DNA from: an uncultured archaeon
Lineage (GTDB): Archaea; Asgardarchaeota; Thorarchaeia; Thorarchaeales; Thorarchaeaceae
NCBI GenBank assembly: GCA_964354495.1
Contig: CAYHAA010000009.1
Location: 60,001 to 92,000, forward strand
DNA: 32,000 nucleotides
Direction: 5' to 3'
Below the pieces are notes generated by a model. It had not been told where the DNA came from, made no database searches, and saw only the letters and a program-made list of their open reading frames with translations. Below are positions 25,116 to 32,000 of this stretch, one piece after another (position 1 is the first letter of the stretch; each line of letters starts with the position of its first letter). A program made the position numbers and the translations under genes.

Positions 25116-27512
25116 CTAGACAGCTTCAGCTTGGACTTCCTTCTCCATGCCAAAGTCAGCAGGCCTCATACTCTTGCGTAGTGCCCATATTGTCATGCCG
25201 AACAGGATAATGAGAGCAATGACCCCTGCGAGCATCATAGTCAGATTCGTAGCTGCTTGTGTTTCCAGCATCACCAAGAGAGGTGCAAGAATCAAAGCCA
25301 GCAGGTTGACCACTTTGATCATTGGATTGAGCGAGGGACCTGCAGTATCCTTGAGAGGATCACCCACAGTGTCGCCTACGACGCTACACTTGTGACGTTC
25401 TGAGCCTTTACCTCTATTGTGAGCGGGATCCCGGGGCTCACTCTCTATTGACTTCTTCGCATTGTCCCAAGCACCACCAGTGTTGGACATGTACACTGCA
25501 AGTAGCTGCCCAGACACGATGATTCCTCCGAGGAACCCTCCGAGGGCCGCTATGCCAAAGAGAATGCCTACAATGAGAGGTACTGACACTGTCAAGGCCG
25601 CAAGAGAAACAAGTTCCTTTTGAGCTGCTGTAGTCGAGATGCCGACAGCCTTTCTGTAATCAGGTTTGACAGTACCCTCAAGAACGCCGGGTATTCTGAA
25701 CTGCCTGCGTACCTCCACGACCATCTGCCCAGCTGCACGGCTCACTGCTTTAATGTTCACGGAAGAGAACAGCCATGGCAGTGCGGCACCAAGAAGAAGC
25801 CCAGAGAACACTCGGGGATCATCAAGGAGTAGATGCTCCAATCCTGCCACGACTACAAAGCTATTGAATAGGCTTACTGCAGCAATGACTGCCGAAGCAA
25901 TTGCTACGCCCTTCGTGATTGCCTTAGTCGTGTTGCCTACCGCATCGAGCTCAGCCAATACCTTGTCAGACTCATCATCAAAATCACCAGGAGATAGCTC
26001 AGCGATACCTCCAGCATTATCACTGATTGGACCGTATGAGTCCATGGCGACATTGTTGCCTGTGTGAGATAGCATCCCGATACCAATCAGTGCAATACCA
26101 TAGAGTGTCCAGAGATTACCCTCTATACCGACAACGAAAGCTGGAGCAAAGAGTGCGGCTACTCCGGGCATGAAAAGAACGGTAGCGATACCGAATGTAG
26201 AAACAATCACCACTAGTGCGGCCACAGTTGATTCATACCCTGAGGCGATACCGGATAGGATTAGGGTTGCTGTGCCCGTGTCAGTGGACTTGACAATCTC
26301 CTTGACAGGTGCCTTCCTGAGAGAAGTGAAGTAGCTTGTAATGGGATTGAAAGAAACTGCTAGCATGACACCAACAGCAACTAGAATTCCGAATCTGATA
26401 TCTCCCACGTAGACCCATGACAGTAACATGGTCAGAGTAATTGTGAAGGCACTGGATGCCTCATATGAGAGGAACATCGCCTTCTCGGCATAGACTGCAT
26501 GCTTCTTGAGCACTCTTGGCCAGAAGGGGACCATTACAGTACCGATCATTGATGAGATTACCCCAACGGCTCTCACGAACAATGGAAAGACTACAACAGC
26601 GAGTGCTCCACCAGGGAGAAGATTGGCGAAGTATTCGATAGGATCTCCTGGCAGCCCTAGACTGTCAACATACAACACGATAGCGAGAATCAATGAGGAA
26701 ACAATTGTAACTTCGTATGACTCAAATATATCTGCAGCCATACCTGCGCAGTCACCCACATTGTCTCCAACGAGGTCTGCAATAACTGCAGCATTTCTTG
26801 GGTCATCTTCAGGTAGGCCCTGCTCAACTTTGCCTACGAGATCTGCACCGACATCAGCTGCTTTGGTGTAGATTCCACCACCTACCCTCATGAAGAGTGC
26901 TAGAAGTGTGCCGCCAAGGCCAAAGCCTAGAAGCGCATCCGGTGACGCGATGCCAAAGATGATGAAAATGATAGTGCCACCAATCAGACCCAGTCCGTCG
27001 GTGAGCATACCCGTAAAAGTACCGCCTCTGTACGCAATCGTCAGAGCACGATTGTACCTGTCTTCTCCCTCACGTGTAGCCTGTGCAACCCTAATATTGG
27101 ACTCAACAGCAATACGCATGCCAAGTTGTCCAACCATCAGCGAGAAGCTTGCACCAAGGACAAAGGCCAATGATCGACCAACACCGACGATTATGCGGCC
27201 TGCCTCTGAGTCGCCGAATAGGACTTCGGTGCCTCTCTCTGGTGTCGTTATGTAAACGGTGAAGAAGAGGAGGAAAGCCAACACAAACAGAATCGGAACA
27301 ATCGTCTTCAACTGTCTGCGCAGATATGATAGTGCCCCTTCCCTGATACCGTTCCAAACTGTCTGCATCTGCTCAGTACCCTTGTCCTGTACCAGGACAC
27401 CCTTTCTGAGCCACCAAGCATACACGAGACTCACGATAGATGCTGCAATGACTGTCAGTATCATCAACTGAGCAATCCAGTGCATACCCAAGAATGTCTC
27501 GAATAATTGCAT
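25116..27512 (-). CDS. hppA: Membrane-bound H+-translocating pyrophosphatase, K+-independent type
   Basis: GGGIYTKAADVGADLVGKVE, DDPRN, DNVGD, DSYGPISDNAGGIAE, DAVGNTTKAITKG, GGAWDNAKK, GDTVGDPLKDT. Start re-set to ATG 27512 (GGTGA SD upstream). Confidence 0.95.
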   Translation of the reverse strand: MQLFETFLGMHWIAQLMILTVIAASIVSLVYAWWLRKGVLVQDKGTEQMQTVWNGIREGALSYLRRQLKTIVPILFVLAFLLFFTVYITTPERGTEVLFGDSEAGRIIVGVGRSLAFVLGASFSLMVGQLGMRIAVESNIRVAQATREGEDRYNRALTIAYRGGTFTGMLTDGLGLIGGTIIFIIFGIASPDALLGFGLGGTLLALFMRVGGGIYTKAADVGADLVGKVEQGLPEDDPRNAAVIADLVGDNVGDCAGMAADIFESYEVTIVSSLILAIVLYVDSLGLPGDPIEYFANLLPGGALAVVVFPLFVRAVGVISSMIGTVMVPFWPRVLKKHAVYAEKAMFLSYEASSAFTITLTMLLSWVYVGDIRFGILVAVGVMLAVSFNPITSYFTSLRKAPVKEIVKSTDTGTATLILSGIASGYESTVAALVVIVSTFGIATVLFMPGVAALFAPAFVVGIEGNLWTLYGIALIGIGMLSHTGNNVAMDSYGPISDNAGGIAELSPGDFDDESDKVLAELDAVGNTTKAITKGVAIASAVIAAVSLFNSFVVVAGLEHLLLDDPRVFSGLLLGAALPWLFSSVNIKAVSRAAGQMVVEVRRQFRIPGVLEGTVKPDYRKAVGISTTAAQKELVSLAALTVSVPLIVGILFGIAALGGFLGGIIVSGQLLAVYMSNTGGAWDNAKKSIESEPRDPAHNRGKGSERHKCSVVGDTVGDPLKDTAGPSLNPMIKVVNLLALILAPLLVMLETQAATNLTMMLAGVIALIILFGMTIWALRKSMRPADFGMEKEVQAEAV

Positions 27513-28056
27513 TTTGTCTTTCACCATTCCGTTTTTCTTCAGTATACTAGGACTCCAAAACGATAGACTCCTAAACCTAGATTCCGGTGTGATTGAACAG
27601 TTGGGCAAAATATCGCCCTCTTAAGGATATCTTTGAAGGATGGTTATAACAAAGGCTATTCAGAGAAATACTGCTGCTAGCCCAATCTTTGCTCGTCTTT
27701 GTTGCTCATTGACTATGTTGTTTCTCCGTTCATCCCTTCACATTATTCATGATCCCCATGACCAAGGAAATCGGCGATTGCAGAAGAAGAGAGGATATCG
27801 AGAAGCACGATTGAAGCGAAAAGCAATAGAAGACATGATAAGGAAACTCAGCGAATTGAGATTCAACGTATCATATTCATCATGTTTACGATAACGTGAA
27901 GAACTCAGTTCTGTTAGGGAGTGATTTCCATATGATACATTGCACTAGATGTAAGAAGAAAATCAGAGGAGAACCAACTTACGTGGGTCCTTCGCATCGT
28001 CCATATTGTAAGAACTGCGCAACCAAGGTCACTGATCAATAAGATTCGAAGAAGGA

Positions 28057-28133
28057 TGGTGGACCGGGCGTGATTTGAACACGCGGCCTCATGGATGCAA
28101 ACCATGCGATCTGCCGGGCTAATCTACCGGCCC
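28057..28133 (-). tRNA. trnA: tRNA-Ala (anticodon UGC), intron-less, CCA encoded
   Basis: Cloverleaf: acceptor GGGCCGG/CCGGTCC with G3:U70, anticodon arm CATGG-TTTGCAT-CCATG, T arm GCGTG-TTCAAAT-CACGC, A73 + CCA. Confidence 0.95.
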
Positions 28134-28161
28134 ACTGCTAGAGAGCTGTCTGGTGATGCGC

Positions 28162-28173
28162 GTTTTAACCCTT
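28162..28173 (-). promoter_or_regulatory. BRE/TATA-like promoter of tRNA-Ala overlapping the ZPR1 stop codon
   Basis: Minus strand AAGGGTTAAAAC about 30-40 nt upstream of tRNA G1; the TAA in it is the ZPR1 stop. Confidence 0.45.
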
Positions 28174-28785
28174 ACGCTCGGATACGTCCTCGCGCAGGGC
28201 ATCGACCCATACCGGAGCCCCTTTCAGTTCGGAAGCCTCTTCGGGCGTGAGTTCTTTATACTGAACGAGAGTCATGTCTTCCGGGAAGATACCGCTGACA
28301 CCAGCAGGGTCCTCCATCACAAGAGTGAAGGGAAATCGTCCTTGCATTGCGGCTTTCATCTCTTCGAGTATCTTAGATGCTCTTTCTCTCTCTGCTTTCA
28401 ACTCTGCAAATCTGCAGGCAGACTCGACGACAGCGCGAACCCGAAACAAGATACCTTCGACATTTGAGATGAAGGCATCAGCTGAAGGGCCCGGTTCAAC
28501 ATCAATACCCCATTCAGGCAACCGATAGGTGCAGGAGCCAGATCGAACTACTCTAACGTTTAGGAGAGACTCATCATCTACGTACAGGCTGAATCGAGAG
28601 GGCTTTCTCTGCTCAGCAGAAAAGACATCGTTATGACTGAAACCGCACTTGGGACACCGAACCATGAACATTGCAAGTTCATTGAAGAATGGAACGCTGT
28701 AGAGCATAGAGCGGACCTCGAGTCTGCCTGTGCCACAGGCCGGGCAACTGGATGCTAGTTCGTTTCCTAGTGTCATCTCAACCAA
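28165..28785 (-). CDS. zpr1: ZPR1 zinc-finger domain protein (single-module archaeal form)
   Basis: CPACG...YSVPFF...CPKCGFSHNDV, RVVRS, IDVEPGP, FISNVEGIL, FTLVMEDPAG. Start TTG 28785 or ATG 28776. Confidence 0.9.
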   Translation of the reverse strand: MVEMTLGNELASSCPACGTGRLEVRSMLYSVPFFNELAMFMVRCPKCGFSHNDVFSAEQRKPSRFSLYVDDESLLNVRVVRSGSCTYRLPEWGIDVEPGPSADAFISNVEGILFRVRAVVESACRFAELKAERERASKILEEMKAAMQGRFPFTLVMEDPAGVSGIFPEDMTLVQYKELTPEEASELKGAPVWVDALREDVSERKG

Positions 28786-28978
28786 GGGACATCACATGAC
28801 ATTTCCTATAAGGGTGACCATATAGCAGTTCGAGGGTTCCGAACATACTTGAGAATACATCACTGTAATCCTCAAAAGCAAGAGGGTGTTGGCTATCGTA
28901 GTGCACGCCAAGCACTATCTGGTAGTCTAAGAGAGATGCTGGAATAGAAGATGACAAGCTAGAGAGAGGTCACACTCC

Positions 28979-30172
28979 ATGGAGATTAACGGTATCTACA
29001 TCATTAAGCGGGATACTGGAGTGTGTCTGTACTACAAGGACTTCTCGGGTTCTGCATTTGACCCACAGCTTCTCTCATCCTTTCTTGTAGCAATGACATC
29101 ATTCTTTGATGAAGCCACGCGTTCGATTAAGTCGAAAGCACGTGCATTTGAGGGCACCGACTACACTATCCTTGTGGAATTCGGCGAATGGACACTGGGC
29201 GCGATATCAACAAAGGTTGACGACCAGCATGTCAGAGCAAAACTGAGACGAGCTATTGCCAGATTCGAGGAGCAGTTCGCAGTCCTGAAATTCATCGAAC
29301 TTGACCTGGCAGTTCATACTCGATTCGAACAGACAGTCATGAGTGAGTTTGTGCGGGAGAACATTGCGCCGGAAACTCTCATGGCGGTAAGGCCTGAGTG
29401 GGAGTACCTTGCCCACAGACCAGATGTCATTTCGTTTCTGAGACTCATCCCGGATATTTGCTCTGTCGAGGATGCTGCATCCTTCTTGGAGGTCCCAGTT
29501 GAGATTGCGCTCAATCTTGCAGCGGAGGCGCTCTGGGAAGGCGTGATAGTCATCACAAACCCTGTGCGACCCGATGATATCTACCAGACGACATCACTGA
29601 CCCCTTCTGAAGAGGCGCTGGAAGGCCTCTCTCCGCAAGCAGCCAAGACTCTTTCAGAGTTAGACGGGGAAACCCCACTGTCCATTGCAGCGGAGCGGGT
29701 AAGGACAGGAGACCTGAAACGTTTTCTTGAAGAAGTTGCATGGCTTCAGAAGAGAAGCATTGTTGAGCTCGTTTCGCCAACACAGGCCGTAGTAGTTAGA
29801 TACTCTTCAGCACTGCAAGTACTATTGAAGCGACTGTCAGAGATCATTGGCTTTCCGCCAGTCAGGAGAATCTTCTTTGAGGCTCGCGAGAAATTGGCAA
29901 GACTCTATCCATGGCTGGCATTTGTGGGTTTCAAGGACAGCTTAGATATTGATATGAGAAGCTCGCTTCTGTCGGCGACATTGAAGGGATCCATTGCTCC
30001 AGAAACAATAGAGGATGGTTTTAGAGCCTTTATCCAGTTTATTGCTAGAATGGGGAAGGATCTCTTGGGCAAAAGACCACTTAACAAGATTATCTTCAAC
30101 ACGAAGAATGAAATCGAACAACGATTTCCGAGCACTGTGTTCCAAATCGAGTGGGAAACGTTTCTTGTCTGA
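28979..30172 (+). CDS. Longin-like domain + tandem winged-helix protein (Asgard-type eukaryotic-signature candidate)
   Basis: N-term IYII...G.CLYYKDF...DPQLLSSFLVAMTSF...TILVEFG is the beta-beta-alpha-beta-beta-beta-alpha longin pattern; two later LDG/IPD-helix-helix-G/S-V-V wHTH-like segments; GAGGT SD. Confidence 0.7.
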   Translation: MEINGIYIIKRDTGVCLYYKDFSGSAFDPQLLSSFLVAMTSFFDEATRSIKSKARAFEGTDYTILVEFGEWTLGAISTKVDDQHVRAKLRRAIARFEEQFAVLKFIELDLAVHTRFEQTVMSEFVRENIAPETLMAVRPEWEYLAHRPDVISFLRLIPDICSVEDAASFLEVPVEIALNLAAEALWEGVIVITNPVRPDDIYQTTSLTPSEEALEGLSPQAAKTLSELDGETPLSIAAERVRTGDLKRFLEEVAWLQKRSIVELVSPTQAVVVRYSSALQVLLKRLSEIIGFPPVRRIFFEAREKLARLYPWLAFVGFKDSLDIDMRSSLLSATLKGSIAPETIEDGFRAFIQFIARMGKDLLGKRPLNKIIFNTKNEIEQRFPSTVFQIEWETFLV

Positions 30173-30289
30173 GATTCATTGAGGCGTGAATTGTCTCTTG
30201 GCTCGCTAGCAGGCCGACACGCAAATCCCTTAAACGTTGGTTCTTGCATCAGTTGGGCGAGGAGTAGAATAGAAGTGCAAAAAGCAAGT

Positions 30290-31054
30290 ATGACAGGCAC
30301 TGTTGCAGCTTTCATTCTTGGTCCAATCATCCTTGCAGTTTTTGTTCTTCTCTCGATGACAGGATATGTTGATGCTCTTCTTGTTTTGCTATCAATACTG
30401 ACGCCCCTGACAGCATTCCTGATTGGTACGCTGGGGCTACGCCTCTTTGGAAGAGAATCAGAAATGAGACATGACATGTTTCATAGCGTCAATCTCTGGA
30501 TATCCATTGGTCTAATCATGCTCTCCCTCTCAGAGATTGCAGCAATTCTAGTGAGTCTCACTGCGGGCTCTTTACAGATTGAAGCAACTATAGGACTAGT
30601 TCAGATACCGGGGCTACTGCTCTGGGGCCTTGGGATCTTGCAGTATCTTCGGTCAGTGAACTCATCTCTCGAGTTTGCAGAGACTGGAAGACTTTGGACG
30701 AGTCTGCTAGTCATCGTGTCACTATCCACCTTGGTGCTTATTGGCATCAATGCCCTCTACATGCCTTGGATTGGAGCTATTGAGAATGTCGTTCTGTCAC
30801 CTATCATTGTGGGCCAAGGTATGCTTGCCATTATCACGCTGGGACTTGTCTGGACCTTTAGACATGGAGAGATTGCTAGACCTTTGGTCTTGGTTTTCTG
30901 TGGATTCTTGCTATACCTCGTTCGCACTGTCCACTGGGCATTCACGATAACCACGATTGGTACGCCGCTCAATAGTATTATTGCTGTGGAAGCATACATC
31001 TTCTTTGGTGCAGCATTAGTGCTAGCGCGGAATCTTGGGGCTTCTGTCAAGTGA
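30290..31054 (+). CDS. Polytopic membrane protein (about 8 TM), function unknown
   Basis: Eight hydrophobic segments by eye; start re-set to ATG 30290 (MTGTVAAF). Confidence 0.7.
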   Translation: MTGTVAAFILGPIILAVFVLLSMTGYVDALLVLLSILTPLTAFLIGTLGLRLFGRESEMRHDMFHSVNLWISIGLIMLSLSEIAAILVSLTAGSLQIEATIGLVQIPGLLLWGLGILQYLRSVNSSLEFAETGRLWTSLLVIVSLSTLVLIGINALYMPWIGAIENVVLSPIIVGQGMLAIITLGLVWTFRHGEIARPLVLVFCGFLLYLVRTVHWAFTITTIGTPLNSIIAVEAYIFFGAALVLARNLGASVK

Positions 31055-31068
31055 CTCTGACTTCGACC

Positions 31069-32000
31069 TCATCTTGCAGCACCTGATTCCGAACCCTCGG
31101 ATTTCACTCCACTGTGCTCCGCTACAACCGTCTTTGCTACTTCTAGTGTTTCTTCGGTTATCTCTTCGAGTCCCTGGTGAGCATAATAGGTCTCATAGAC
31201 TGCCTTGAAAACGCCGTTCAGAGCGAGCAGTTCCTCGATAGTACCCTGCTCGACCAAGGCACCATGGTCAAAGACTAGCACACGAGAAGCACTGGCAATT
31301 GTTGTGAGACGGTGAGCGATTACAATCGTTGTACGGTCATGAAAGAGCAGCTCCTGCGCATCCTGCACCAAAGACTCACTATATGCATCAAGGCGGCTTG
31401 TGGCCTCATCGAGAATCAGAATCCTGGAATTAGCAAGCATTGTACGAGCTATTGTGACCATTTGGCGCTGGCCTGCACTCAAATTCTTACCACTCTGAAT
31501 GACACGGGTATTATACCCATTTGCTAGCACCTCGATGAACTCGCTGGCACCAATCATGGTGCACAACTCCATTATCTCAACATCAGTAGCATCAGGTTTT
31601 CCGTATCTGATGTTCTCCATGACTGTATCATCAAATAGGTAGGGCTCTTGAGGAATGAGTGACATGGCGCGATGAAGTGAATGCAGCTGGACATCACGGA
31701 TATTCTGATTTCCGATGAAAATGCCTCCTTCCTTGGGATCATAGAATCGGTTCACAAGCGCTGCAATAGTCGTCTTTCCGGCTCCGGTATGTCCAACAAT
31801 AGCTGCAGTTTCGCCAGGATTGATAGAGAAGGTGACGTTCTTGAGAACAGGAGTGTCCTTAACATACTCGAACACGACATTCTTGAAATGGATGCCATCG
31901 CTGTCCGGAAGGAGAGCGACTGCATTTGGAGCATCAGCAATTGCTGGTCTCGATTCCAGAACATCTGTTACTCGATCCATTGCGGCAAGTGATGATTGAA
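31069..32000 (-). CDS. ABC exporter (MsbA/multidrug type), C-terminal NBD; 5' part outside window
   Basis: GHTGAGKT, IPQEP, LSAGQRQ, LILDEATS, IAHRL; the preceding AIADAPNA...I.F.NV.F.Y linker is typical of TMD-NBD half transporters. Confidence 0.92.
   Translation of the reverse strand, partial: QSSLAAMDRVTDVLESRPAIADAPNAVALLPDSDGIHFKNVVFEYVKDTPVLKNVTFSINPGETAAIVGHTGAGKTTIAALVNRFYDPKEGGIFIGNQNIRDVQLHSLHRAMSLIPQEPYLFDDTVMENIRYGKPDATDVEIMELCTMIGASEFIEVLANGYNTRVIQSGKNLSAGQRQMVTIARTMLANSRILILDEATSRLDAYSESLVQDAQELLFHDRTTIVIAHRLTTIASASRVLVFDHGALVEQGTIEELLALNGVFKAVYETYYAHQGLEEITEETLEVAKTVVAEHSGVKSEGSESGAAR

Noticed and set aside
27640-27894. 84-aa + strand ORF between hppA and the tRNA
   Set aside because: No SD, no motif, and it sits in the expected hppA promoter region; cannot be supported.

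Overview
Archaeal chromosomal window, most likely Asgard (Thorarchaeota-like; inferred from gene content and archaeal-type enzymes, not a database match). Left part (1-11.5 kb) is cofactor/lipid metabolism: AbrB-ACT regulator, AsnB-like protein lacking the catalytic N-terminal Cys, the HMG-CoA synthase/thiolase/DUF35 operon, a metallophosphoesterase, a PPAT + GTP-dependent dephospho-CoA kinase fusion, NnrE-NnrD and NfnAB (SudAB). The centre (11.6-23.4 kb) is the most interesting: a MoxR AAA+ / HExxH-VWA pair transcribed divergently from an operon encoding a catalytically dead AAA+ protein, an SMC with SMC5/6-type sequence hallmarks and a kleisin. A Kite-like tandem winged-helix gene and a Zn-ribbon/wHTH gene follow after an intervening, oppositely oriented MFS gene. 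Right part: WD40 protein, K+-independent H+-pyrophosphatase, tRNA-Ala(UGC), ZPR1, a longin + tandem wHTH protein resembling NPRL2/3 in architecture, an ~8-TM protein and a truncated ABC exporter. No CRISPR array, rRNA or intact mobile element seen. All family calls are by-eye motif recognition; reference sequences are recalled from memory and no searches were run.
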